Source of the DNA: an uncultured Bacilli bacterium
GTDB taxonomy: Bacteria; Bacillota_I; Bacilli_A; RF39; UBA660
Direction of reading: 5' to 3'
Assembly (NCBI GenBank): GCA_944358135.1
Contig: CALVQN010000003.1
Coordinates: forward strand, 1 to 32,184
DNA length: 32,184 nt
Shown here: positions 1-8,129 of the stretch, piece by piece
Position numbering within the stretch: the first letter of the stretch is position 1
How the letters are laid out: each line of letters opens with the position of its first letter
The notes under the pieces: generated by a model
Seen by the model: only the letters and a program-made list of their open reading frames with translations
Databases searched by the model: none
Told to the model about the DNA's origin: nothing
Made by a program: the position numbers and the translations under genes

Positions 1-61
1 AGAGAAATAGATATTGATGTCATGTTAACAGCAAGTTAAAAAAATCTCATTTGAGATTTTT

Positions 62-442
62 TTAATTGCTAGAATCTTTAGATATTTCTTCTATAGACTT
101 ATTATTTTGATTAAGTAAAGCAGCATTAGTCCAACTAGAAGTAAGTCCATAGTCTATATAGATTAATTGTCCAGATATATAAGAGCAAATACAACTACCA
201 ATAACCACTAATGGATAACCCATATCCTCTGGTTTAGCAGGAAATCCATTCCAACTTTTAAGAAATATATTCTCAATCATACGAGCTCCTTCTTCTTTAT
301 CACCTGTAAGACTAGTTGATTTATTAAAACCATCTGTTAATCCAGTAACAGTATCCCCTGGATTTATAGCATTAATTCTTATTTTTTTAGAAATAAATTC
401 CTTACTCATACCCTTATATGTAACATAAGAACTGACTATCAT
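62..442 (-). pseudogene. C-terminal fragment of a short-chain dehydrogenase/reductase (SDR)
   Basis: IRINAINPG and YISGQLIYIDYG are typical SDR C-terminal motifs. The N-terminal GxxxGxG Rossmann part is missing, and there is no room for it before the next gene at 589. Confidence 0.6.
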
Positions 443-588
443 TTAAAGCATAATTATTAAATTTCTATTTAGTTGTAGACATATCCATAGTAGGATTAAA
501 CATAGACCAATGTTGATAATGTTTATTAATGATTGCTTCTAAATCCATAGAGCTAATTTCACTAAATCATTTTATTTCCATAAATGCA

Positions 589-918
589 TCACTTTCCTAT
601 AACTTTCTCTAACAATAATCTTTTTTTAAAGCCACCATTCTTTTGTCTCTTCATATTTGCTTCATCTATAATTTCTTGTAAAGTAAAACCATTATATTCT
701 ACCATAGCGATAAGAAGCTCTAATTTATCTGCTAATTCTTTTTTTCTTTCTTCAATACTAGTTGCAGATCTAACTTCTTCTAATTCCTCAGTATCTTTAA
801 GAAGCAAATAATTCCAATATTCTTCATCGCTAAGTTTACGATAAATAGGAACTTCACCATTAGCTTCAATTATATTTGGGATATTATCTCTTACTAACTT
901 ATTATAAATCTGTTCCAT
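589..918 (-). CDS. MazG-like / phosphoribosyl-ATP pyrophosphohydrolase-like NTP pyrophosphohydrolase
   Basis: YNKLVRDNIP N-terminus, EExxE...ELADxLE motif and KR..NGGF tail. AGGAGG RBS at 928-933 favours the ATG at 918 over 924. Confidence 0.75.
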   Translation of the reverse strand: MEQIYNKLVRDNIPNIIEANGEVPIYRKLSDEEYWNYLLLKDTEELEEVRSATSIEERKKELADKLELLIAMVEYNGFTLQEIIDEANMKRQKNGGFKKRLLLEKVIGK

Positions 919-924
919 AAACAT

Positions 925-1119
925 TTACCTCCTATTTATTTTGATCATTAACCCATCTTCTGGAGTAATTCCACTTTTCTTACATTCCTCAATTTCTTCT
1001 TTAGTGAGCCCATAAGCTTTAGCTTCGTCCATAAATAATTTATTTTGAATTCTCTTATCTTTCTCTTGAGGAGTTTCTCCTTTACCTAATGCCTTTAATA
1101 TTTCTCCAAGCAATCCCAT
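925..1119 (-). CDS. small hypothetical protein (64 aa)
   Basis: ORF with AAAGGG RBS, first gene after a good sigma-A promoter and abutting the next gene. Confidence 0.55.
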   Translation of the reverse strand: MGLLGEILKALGKGETPQEKDKRIQNKLFMDEAKAYGLTKEEIEECKKSGITPEDGLMIKINRR

Positions 1120-1167
1120 AAAATTAACCCTTTCTGCAAAATTTTACCTCAATTAAATTATAAAAAA

Positions 1168-1196
1168 ATAGTATCACATAATAACTAACGTGTCAA
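1168..1196 (-). promoter_or_regulatory. sigma-A promoter for the 1119-589 genes
   Basis: TTGACA-17-TACTAT with TG extension on the minus strand. Confidence 0.6.
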
Positions 1197-1218
1197 TTAT
1201 ATAGAAAAATTTTACATA

Positions 1219-1244
1219 TAAAAAAACACAGATTAATTCTGTGC
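1219..1244 (-). terminator. intrinsic terminator downstream of tRNA-Trp
   Basis: CACAGA/TCTGTG stem followed by a U-run on the minus strand. Confidence 0.55.
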
Positions 1245-1259
1245 TTATATATCAAAAAG

Positions 1260-1333
1260 TGGCAGGGGATGAGAGAATCGAACTCCCAACTAAAGTTTTG
1301 GAGACTCCTATTATACCATTTAACTAATCCCCT
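1260..1333 (-). tRNA. tRNA-Trp (CCA)
   Basis: Minus strand AGGGGAT...CTCCAAA anticodon loop...GTTCGATTC...ATCCCCTGCCA; 74 nt with encoded CCA end. Confidence 0.95.
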
Positions 1334-1356
1334 AAATCTCTTAAAAAGATAAATAA

Positions 1357-1385
1357 ATTATAACATTAAAAAAAACAAATGACAA
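1357..1385 (-). promoter_or_regulatory. sigma-A promoter of tRNA-Trp
   Basis: TTGTCA-17-TATAAT with TG extension. Confidence 0.7.
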
Positions 1386-1418
1386 GTATTTTCATATAAT
1401 AAAATAGGTGATTTAATT

Positions 1419-1838
1419 ATGTTAGTAAATTATACTACAAAAGAACTGGATCTACTGGCAAGAATTATGAGAGCAGAAGCTCAAACAGAGGGAGACTTAG
1501 GAATGCTTATGGTAGGAAACGTAGTAGTAAATAGAGTAATCGCCGATTGTTACACATTTAAAAATATAGATAGTATAGAAGAAGCCATATATCAACCTAA
1601 TCAATTTGTAGGAACAAGTTCTTCACTATTTTATGGTTCAGCAACAACAGCAGAAAAAAATCTTGCCGAAAGAACTCTTCGAGGAGAATATTATCATCCA
1701 GCAACCCATTCACTATGGTTTTACGCCCCAGGAAAAAATAGTTGTACATCTACATGGTATAGCCAACCTCTAGCAGGTAAATATAAAAATCATTGCTTTT
1801 ACAAACCTCAAAGTGGACAATGCCAAGAATTGTATTAA
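1419..1838 (+). CDS. cwlJ: spore cortex-lytic cell wall hydrolase, CwlJ/SleB (Hydrolase_2) family
   Basis: LLARIMRAEA..EG..GMLMVGNV..NR, LWFYAP and WY.QP..G.YK.HCFY.P are colinear with Bacillus CwlJ as I recall it; no signal peptide. Confidence 0.85.
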   Translation: MLVNYTTKELDLLARIMRAEAQTEGDLGMLMVGNVVVNRVIADCYTFKNIDSIEEAIYQPNQFVGTSSSLFYGSATTAEKNLAERTLRGEYYHPATHSLWFYAPGKNSCTSTWYSQPLAGKYKNHCFYKPQSGQCQELY

Positions 1839-1862
1839 AAGGTCAAAAAGACCTTATTTTTT
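1837..1862. terminator. bidirectional terminator between cwlJ and dut
   Basis: AAGGTC-AAAAA-GACCTT hairpin between convergent genes. Confidence 0.55.
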
Positions 1863-2312
1863 ATCTGTAGAACCAAATCCACCATTACGCACACCACTAG
1901 CATTATCGTTATCACACAATAAATATTTTTGAAATATAACCTGACCTATAACATCACCCTTATGAATAGTAATATCATGGTCTAAAACATTATAATATTG
2001 AAAATAAAAATGTCCATCATTATCAAAATTACCATAATAATCAGAATCAATAATACCAATACTATTAGACATAACTAAACCCTTTTTAGGACCACTACTA
2101 CGATTAACAAGCATATAATATTCATCTTCCAAACAATATGCTTTTAATCCCGTAGGAATAAGAGTAGGCTTACATCCTAATTTAAAAGGGTGTATAACTA
2201 CATCTTCAGCCGCTTCAACATCATAACCAGCCGAATACTTAGTTTTTCTAACAGGTATATGAATATCTTTATCTTCATAACCTTTAACTACTTCAAAACC
2301 TCTAATCTTCAT
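1854..2312 (-). CDS. dut: dUTP diphosphatase (trimeric dUTPase)
   Basis: SAGYD, RSS, GIIDSDYYG and RNGGFGST motifs. Confidence 0.93.
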   Translation of the reverse strand: MKIRGFEVVKGYEDKDIHIPVRKTKYSAGYDVEAAEDVVIHPFKLGCKPTLIPTGLKAYCLEDEYYMLVNRSSGPKKGLVMSNSIGIIDSDYYGNFDNDGHFYFQYYNVLDHDITIHKGDVIGQVIFQKYLLCDNDNASGVRNGGFGSTDKK

Positions 2313-2335
2313 ACAATCACCAAAATAAATATATC

Positions 2336-2363
2336 AAAAAAACAGCTAAAGAACAAGCTGTTT
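2336..2363 (-). terminator. terminator after the 2362-3702 gene
   Basis: AAACAGCT/AGCTGTTT stem with U-tail on the minus strand. Confidence 0.65.
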
Positions 2364-3702
2364 ATTGAACTTTATAAGGGTCAAATACTGTTCCTGAACC
2401 AGTTATGGTTACATCAGCAGATAAATTTATAACAGGTCTGACACCAAATGAATCACTTACGAAATATCTGCTGAAATTACCACTCGAACTCACATAAAAT
2501 ACGAAAGGATAACTACCGTCAAAAAAAGAGGGAGTCATTGTCCAATAATTCTGTTCTGTATAAAGATAATTATTGATTGTTGTATCATTATATGCTAATC
2601 CTCCATATACTACTTCATCGGCGGTGATGAGTCCTATTGGATAATCTAAAACTTTATTCCCTTGACTACTACTTGCTACTGTGTATAAATCACTATTATT
2701 TTGACATTCGAAGGTTGGAGTTCTATTTGTAAGCAACCTTATAAATGCTCCATAGTAAGTTTGAGTCGTCCCTGTTCCACCTCCGACCGTAGTCCCTGAT
2801 GTGTTAGTATAGTTTGATCTATCTCCACAGAATCCTGCTTCTGTACTTAGATATTGTGCATAATCGGCTTGAATATTATCTTCATACCAAGTATCAAGTA
2901 CTCCTTTTATTGTACTATCATTTATGAGTCCATATACTTGTCCACTTTGATACATATATCCTACATACGCGTTGTTATTATCTGTACTATTAAATGCACT
3001 TTTCCCTATTTGTGTACCTTCTCCTGTTGATACAGGCCCACTAGAACTATTACCGCTATAAATTAATCTTATACTTCCATCTTCATTAATTCTTATAATT
3101 CTCCAGTAGAATCCTGCAAATTGTACCCAATTATCTGTTGGATTTCCTGCAAAATAATATGTTCTTCCGTTGCTTGTATCTTCATAATATATAGTTCCAG
3201 TTGTAGTATCTTCTACCGTTGTACTAAAATCTGCTCTTGTTAATTGATTAGTGGAATTAGCAAGTATTTGTTCTCCAGCAGTTATAGTTTGACCTATATC
3301 AAAATACAAATAACACTTAGTACCTTTTTTAGTTATATTATCTACACTTATTGAACCATTTTCATATATTATACTTACTGTATCATCTTTAACTATTTCT
3401 CCATTATTGGATCTGCCACAATAACTTTGTTCTGTATTTAATATATATCCACTTGAAGGTATCGTATCTGCTTCAACATAGGTTCCATCTTCATTTGCCA
3501 CATATAAAGATACCATATTTAAATCGGGTACTTTATAATTTATCTTACTATTAATTATAGGCACACTATCTTTTACTCTGTATTTTGCTAATGTATTACT
3601 TACTATTATCGTAATAAGAAGTACTACTACACAGACAATTCCAATAAAAAGATATAATCTATTTTTATTAGATTTTATTGTTTCAAATTCTAATTCTTTC
3701 AT
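2362..3702 (-). CDS. membrane-anchored surface protein, putative DGR target 1 (C-terminal CLec-like variable region)
   Basis: N-terminal hydrophobic helix; C-terminus YWTMTP...GVRPVINL. Paralog of 29235-30527, and its 3' end is colinear with the TR-like sequence at 5930-6013. Confidence 0.75.
   Translation of the reverse strand: MKELEFETIKSNKNRLYLFIGIVCVVVLLITIIVSNTLAKYRVKDSVPIINSKINYKVPDLNMVSLYVANEDGTYVEADTIPSSGYILNTEQSYCGRSNNGEIVKDDTVSIIYENGSISVDNITKKGTKCYLYFDIGQTITAGEQILANSTNQLTRADFSTTVEDTTTGTIYYEDTSNGRTYYFAGNPTDNWVQFAGFYWRIIRINEDGSIRLIYSGNSSSGPVSTGEGTQIGKSAFNSTDNNNAYVGYMYQSGQVYGLINDSTIKGVLDTWYEDNIQADYAQYLSTEAGFCGDRSNYTNTSGTTVGGGTGTTQTYYGAFIRLLTNRTPTFECQNNSDLYTVASSSQGNKVLDYPIGLITADEVVYGGLAYNDTTINNYLYTEQNYWTMTPSFFDGSYPFVFYVSSSGNFSRYFVSDSFGVRPVINLSADVTITGSGTVFDPYKVQ
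2434..2535 (-). repeat. variable-repeat-like region VR1
   Basis: Ungapped 84-nt alignment (2452-2535) to 5930-6013. By hand, about 15 mismatches fall at template adenines and about 15 elsewhere (10 at third codon positions). Confidence 0.55.
3301..3697 (-). repeat. ~400-bp dispersed repeat, copy 1 (5' part of target gene)
   Basis: Highly similar to 30120-30515; encodes the shared N-terminal ~135 aa ending in KGTKCYLYFD. Confidence 0.9.
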
Positions 3703-3753
3703 AACTCCTCCAAAAAACTCAAGGTAATTATCTTATGTGATTTTCTTGCATTA

Positions 3754-3783
3754 AATTGTATCATAGTTTTAGGAGTTTGTAAA
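3754..3783 (-). promoter_or_regulatory. sigma-A promoter of target gene 1, overlapping the RBS of the divergent XRE gene
   Basis: TTTACA-17-TACAAT with TG extension on the minus strand. Confidence 0.55.
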
Positions 3784-3784
3784 T

Positions 3785-4105
3785 ATGAAAAAAATAGATT
3801 TTAATAATTTAGAAGAGCTGTTATCTTTTAATATCAAATATTACAGATATTTGAATGGTTTATCTCAAGAAAAATTATCAGAATTAACAAATTTAGTACC
3901 ATCATACATTTCTGATATTGAAAGAGGTAGACACATGCCTACCATCAAAAATATAGCCAATATAGCCAAAGCTCTAGATATAGAACCGTATATTTTACTT
4001 AAAAACGTAGAAAGAGATAATGAAATATTATCAAAAATAAACTCAACAAGACAATATAATCAAAATAATAGGAGAGATACAAACAATGACAAAACTAACC
4101 TTTAA
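3785..4105 (+). CDS. XRE-family helix-turn-helix regulator
   Basis: LSQEKLSELTNL..SYISDIERG...P; AGGAG RBS. Confidence 0.9.
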   Translation: MKKIDFNNLEELLSFNIKYYRYLNGLSQEKLSELTNLVPSYISDIERGRHMPTIKNIANIAKALDIEPYILLKNVERDNEILSKINSTRQYNQNNRRDTNNDKTNL

Positions 4106-4376
4106 TAATCTAAAAGATTTATTAATATTTAACATTAAATACTATCGCTATGTAAATGATTATTCTCAAGAAAAGCTAGCGGAATTATCAGGTTTAAGCT
4201 CTAGATATATTACAGACATTGAAAGAGGACTCCATTGCCCAACTATTCCCAAACTAGAAGCTATAGCCAATTCCTTAAAAATTGAACCTTATATTCTATT
4301 TCAAAATCCTGATAGAGATGAAAAGATCATAGAAAAAGTAAATACAAATAGACAATATAATCAAAGAAGCAAATAA
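4086..4376 (+). CDS. XRE-family helix-turn-helix regulator (tandem paralog)
   Basis: SQEKLAELSGLSSRYITDIERG; shares FNIKYYRY, IEPYIL and RQYNQ with the upstream gene. Confidence 0.9.
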   Translation: MTKLTFNNLKDLLIFNIKYYRYVNDYSQEKLAELSGLSSRYITDIERGLHCPTIPKLEAIANSLKIEPYILFQNPDRDEKIIEKVNTNRQYNQRSK

Positions 4377-4426
4377 TCCCATATACTTAAAGTAAATGGG
4401 ATTTTTACTTATTTCTTTTTAAATAC

Positions 4427-5626
4427 TTACTTCTTTAACTCTATATTTTCTAATGGTTCCCACTCAATATATTTATACATATTACTATTTAAATGTATAA
4501 ATTCAGTAGGTTTATATTTATGAAAAAATCCACTACATTCAATTGGTAAAACAGTATCAGGAACAATTCCTAAATGATCAATTCCTTTAAAAGCATTTTT
4601 TATTATTTCTACATTATATATTTGAATTGGAATATTATTCTTATGAAACGCTATAAATATTTTGGCTATTTCAATCTTTCTTAAGATTCTACTTCCATCA
4701 AGTGATAAATAAAAACCATTATCATCATGATCAATATATAAATTAACTCTAGCAAAAGAATGTCCTCTTATTATTTCCCAAGGATGTCCTCCAAATTTGC
4801 TATCATCATTGTACCATTGATCAAATTCAAAGCTACTTTCCTCAGATATTTTGCTTAAACCTTCATTTCTACCATCAGCATATTTTAAATATAACTCTTT
4901 ATCGGTTAAATCATTTATTTCATAACCAATAGTTTGATATGCTAATCCTACACACTTAAAATACATACCAGAAGTCATATTTTTAATTCTTTGATCGGTA
5001 TTTTCACAAGCATACTTTATAAAGTAATCTATTTCTTCTTGAGATATTTCATTTAATAATTCTTTTTTTACATCAGGAAATACCTGCCAATATTTACTCC
5101 TATTTATAAGTCCAAAACGATTTTTATAAGGATAATTATTATTTATATAATCATTATAAGTTCCTTCATTAAGTTTTACAAAACAGGTTTTTACGGTAGA
5201 TATTAAAAAATCTAATAATTCTTGTAATTGATAATTTTCAAAAGTATTATTTTCACTATTCATATCTGCATAAACAATAGTTTTAGAATTAATTGATATC
5301 ATACGATAATTTTTATACATCGTAGAAGTCATTTTATACCAATAAACATCATCAGGATAATCTTCATTAAACATATTTTCAAATTCTATATAATTATCTA
5401 CTTCGCCATCTTCTTTCAATTCTTCATAATTACCATATTCTTCAATTGCACCTTTTGGTAGATCAAAATATAATACTTTGTATTCATCGTCTGATAATGG
5501 TTTTATTTTATCAAGCAAATCATATAATATATTTAGTTTTTCTTTTACTTTAACATCATAATCCTCAGGATTATAATTTTTAATTTCTAAAATACTTATC
5601 AAAAAGTCTAACTTTATAGCTGTCAT
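4427..5626 (-). CDS. hypothetical protein (399 aa)
   Basis: Long ORF with GAGGGG RBS and its own promoter (TTGACT-17-TACAAT at 5660-5688). Motifs ADGRNEGL and GGHPWEIIRG; function not recognised. Confidence 0.8.
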   Translation of the reverse strand: MTAIKLDFLISILEIKNYNPEDYDVKVKEKLNILYDLLDKIKPLSDDEYKVLYFDLPKGAIEEYGNYEELKEDGEVDNYIEFENMFNEDYPDDVYWYKMTSTMYKNYRMISINSKTIVYADMNSENNTFENYQLQELLDFLISTVKTCFVKLNEGTYNDYINNNYPYKNRFGLINRSKYWQVFPDVKKELLNEISQEEIDYFIKYACENTDQRIKNMTSGMYFKCVGLAYQTIGYEINDLTDKELYLKYADGRNEGLSKISEESSFEFDQWYNDDSKFGGHPWEIIRGHSFARVNLYIDHDDNGFYLSLDGSRILRKIEIAKIFIAFHKNNIPIQIYNVEIIKNAFKGIDHLGIVPDTVLPIECSGFFHKYKPTEFIHLNSNMYKYIEWEPLENIELKK

Positions 5627-5721
5627 TTCCTAATCCCCTCAATTCTTAATTACAGTAATATTGTATATTTTTTTATTTATAAAGTCAACAAAGTTATTTA
5701 AAGTAATCACTTTTCAGTAAT

Positions 5722-5761
5722 AAATAAACAAATAACCCCAATACTTAAATTGAGGTTATTT
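5722..5761 (-). terminator. terminator closing the TR-containing unit
   Basis: AAATAACCTCAAT-loop-ATTGGGGTTATTT, followed by a U-rich tract; the one imperfect pair is G-U only on the minus strand. Confidence 0.6.
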
Positions 5762-5929
5762 TAATATTGTCCTAATTTTAAATGTCTGATTTAAAATATC
5801 AATACTATATATTTAGGTAATTTTCATTGGTTAATCTTGTATCCTAATGCTTTTTAACTCAACCTTAACCAAACTCTAAGTTTAAAAGGATATTGCCCTG
5901 TCAAGCGCCTAACAGGACATCATTATTTT

Positions 5930-6013
5930 ATTATTCACCCAATTGTTGTTGAGGTTGCCATTCGAATTCACATTGAACACGTTAGCATTAGTTCCATTAA
6001 AGATATACGGAGA
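5930..6013 (-). repeat. DGR template repeat (TR)-like sequence
   Basis: Reads tct ccg tat atc ttt aat gga act aat gct aac gtg ttc aat gtg aat tcg aat ggc aac ctc aac aac aat tgg gtg aat aat (SPYIFNGTNANVFNVNSNGNLNNNWVNN). AAY codons sit where both target genes vary. Confidence 0.8.
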
Positions 6014-6051
6014 CTATAACACTTGCCCAAGTAATTAGATTAACCACTCTA

Positions 6052-6080
6052 ATTATAGCACCACTAACCTTTAACTTAAA
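6052..6080 (-). promoter_or_regulatory. extended -10 promoter upstream of the TR
   Basis: TGcTATAAT at 6060-6052; weak -35 (TTTAAG) 17 nt upstream. Confidence 0.55.
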
Positions 6081-6106
6081 GTATATATTCATCAAAAATA
6101 CATTGA

Positions 6107-7465
6107 TTAAGGAATAACCAAAATCTGTCCAATAGAAAGCAAATCACTAGAAAGACCATTCGCTTGCTTTAAAGCATTTACACTAACACCATAAGTTGTG
6201 GCAATCTTCCATAAACTATCTCCTGATTTAACTGTATAAGTTCTTGCACCAGTAGTAGTAGGAATTACAAGTACTTCACCAATAGAAAGTAAATTAGAAG
6301 TCTTACCGTTTGCACTCTTTAAAGCATCGACAGTTATCCCATATTTCCTTGCAATACTATATAAAGAGTCTCCACTTTTAACAGTATAAGTATTCGATGG
6401 ATTAGATGGAGTTGTAGAGCTATTACTTACATTTAAAACCTGTCCAATACTTAAAGTATCACTAGATAAATTATTTAATAATTTAAGTTCACTAACAGTT
6501 AAACCATACTTATTAGCAATAGAATATAATGTATCTCCAGCTTTTACTGTATAAGCTTCAAGTGTAGCTGCATTACCTTCACTAACTACTAATTCTTGTC
6601 CTATAGACAAAGCATCACTAGTAAGATTATTCAATGATTTAAGTTCATTTACAGTCATACCATACTTATTGGCAATACTATATAAAGTATCTCCACTCTT
6701 AACTATATAGACATTCTCATCAGGTGTTTCAGGGACTTCTATTTCTGGAATAATTAAAACCTCACCAATAGTTAAAGTATTACTTGTTAAATTATTCTGA
6801 GCCTTAAGTTCATCCACACTTATTCCATATTTACTAGCAATACCATATAAAGTATCTCCCGCTTTTACTGTATAATAATTACCAGTAGTTCCACCTGGAG
6901 CTACATAAGGAACTCCTATATAACTAGCTAAAGCTCTTACAACTGCCTCAGCAAGTTCCTGCCAATTATTTTTAATTTGATTTACATCATCTCCTGTAGA
7001 ATCAAGAAATCCATACTCAACAATAATTGATTCATTATTAGGCGTTTCTCTTAACATATAATAATAATCTTTACTAGAATTACTAGGAAGTCTTCTTTGA
7101 TAATATTTTCTAACATTCTGACCAGATTTAATAAATTCACTAGCTATCTTACTAGATAAAGTATCACTATTTCTTAAAGCGTAAATAACTTCAGCTCCGT
7201 CCCCTCCACCTGCATTAATATGATTAGATACAAGAATTACATCACTACCTGTACCAAACAAACTTTGAGCAGTCTTAGGTCTAGTAGTAGAATCTAAAGT
7301 AACATCGCTATCTCTAGTTAAAGCATTTTCAATACCTAGTTCAGATAAACGATCAGCCATATACTGACTAATTTTTAAAGTATAATCTTTCTCAACTATA
7401 CCATTAGCACTTGCACCAGGATCTTCTCCACCATGCCCAGGATCAATAACAACCTTTTTAGCCAT
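6107..7465 (-). CDS. N-acetylmuramoyl-L-alanine amidase (Amidase_3) with five LysM domains
   Basis: VVIDPGHGG, EK, SNHINA and IIVEYGF motifs, then five YTVK.GD.L..IA..YG repeats; GAGGAGG RBS. Confidence 0.93.
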   Translation of the reverse strand: MAKKVVIDPGHGGEDPGASANGIVEKDYTLKISQYMADRLSELGIENALTRDSDVTLDSTTRPKTAQSLFGTGSDVILVSNHINAGGGDGAEVIYALRNSDTLSSKIASEFIKSGQNVRKYYQRRLPSNSSKDYYYMLRETPNNESIIVEYGFLDSTGDDVNQIKNNWQELAEAVVRALASYIGVPYVAPGGTTGNYYTVKAGDTLYGIASKYGISVDELKAQNNLTSNTLTIGEVLIIPEIEVPETPDENVYIVKSGDTLYSIANKYGMTVNELKSLNNLTSDALSIGQELVVSEGNAATLEAYTVKAGDTLYSIANKYGLTVSELKLLNNLSSDTLSIGQVLNVSNSSTTPSNPSNTYTVKSGDSLYSIARKYGITVDALKSANGKTSNLLSIGEVLVIPTTTGARTYTVKSGDSLWKIATTYGVSVNALKQANGLSSDLLSIGQILVIP

Positions 7466-7499
7466 AAACATCCTCCTCTAAAGTATTTTATGACAAAAG

Positions 7500-7520
7500 A
7501 AAAAAAGTGCGATTGCACTT
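7500..7520 (-). terminator. terminator after jag
   Basis: AAGTGC-AATC-GCACTT plus U-run on the minus strand. Confidence 0.6.
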
Positions 7521-8127
7521 ATTTATCGTATTTAATCACTACATGTCTATTAGGTTCTTCTCCAACACTTTCAGTTTTAACACCTTTAAAATCAGTTAAA
7601 ACATTATGAACAATTCTTCTTTCATAAGAATTCATATTATCCATCTCTATATCAACTTTTGTCCTAACTACATCACGAGCAAGATTCTTAGCAAGTCGCT
7701 CTAATTTCTTTATTTGCCTATCTTTATAATCTTCAACATCAAGAATAATTCTTGGACCATTACTGGTGAGATTCTTAATAAATTGTCTAACAATAACTGT
7801 TAAAGCTTCTAAATTAGCTCCATTTTTACCAATAACAATTGGGTTATTAGAAGTATACATTTTAATAGTGGTAACTCCATCTTTCGTATTTACTTCAAAA
7901 TTAACTTCAAGACCCATACCATTTAAAATATTTTTTAAATATTCTTGAACTTCAGTAATAATATCAGTCTTTAAGAATCCACTACATTCATAAGTTACTC
8001 CTTTAAAAAGCCCACCTTTTACTTCTTTAAAAGAATAAGCTACTTCTTCTTCATTAGCATTTAACTTAGCCAAAACTAAATTTAAAGCTTCATCCTTTGT
8101 TTTTGCAACTTCTTTTACTACATTCAT
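7519..8127 (-). CDS. jag: Jag/KhpB (EloR) RNA-binding protein
   Basis: Jag_N, KH (IGKNG) and R3H (ERRIVH...S.GEEP.R) domains; downstream of yidC. Confidence 0.93.
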   Translation of the reverse strand: MNVVKEVAKTKDEALNLVLAKLNANEEEVAYSFKEVKGGLFKGVTYECSGFLKTDIITEVQEYLKNILNGMGLEVNFEVNTKDGVTTIKMYTSNNPIVIGKNGANLEALTVIVRQFIKNLTSNGPRIILDVEDYKDRQIKKLERLAKNLARDVVRTKVDIEMDNMNSYERRIVHNVLTDFKGVKTESVGEEPNRHVVIKYDK

Positions 8128-8129
8128 GA

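Larger units (their letters stand above)
5722..6047 (-). ncRNA. putative stand-alone DGR template RNA (~320 nt)
   Basis: Bounded by an extended -10 (6052-6060) and a terminator (5730-5761). Contains the TR-like tract, a G-U-containing hairpin (5894-5919) and a 10-bp 5'/3' closing helix; no long ORF. Confidence 0.55.

Noticed and set aside
925-965. Possible 1-nt frameshift near the end of the 64-aa ORF
   Set aside because: An alternative ending (WVNDQNK*) just before the next RBS is plausible but untestable without homologs or reads.
3785-4376. Prophage immunity region
   Set aside because: The XRE genes are co-oriented paralogs, with no integrase, replication or structural phage genes nearby.
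5762-5880. Possible decayed reverse transcriptase or avd next to the TR
   Set aside because: The minus-strand frames I read are interrupted by stops and show no RT or Avd motif; it cannot be supported by eye.
6110-6880. Tandem DNA repeats
   Set aside because: Explained by the five LysM domains of the amidase.
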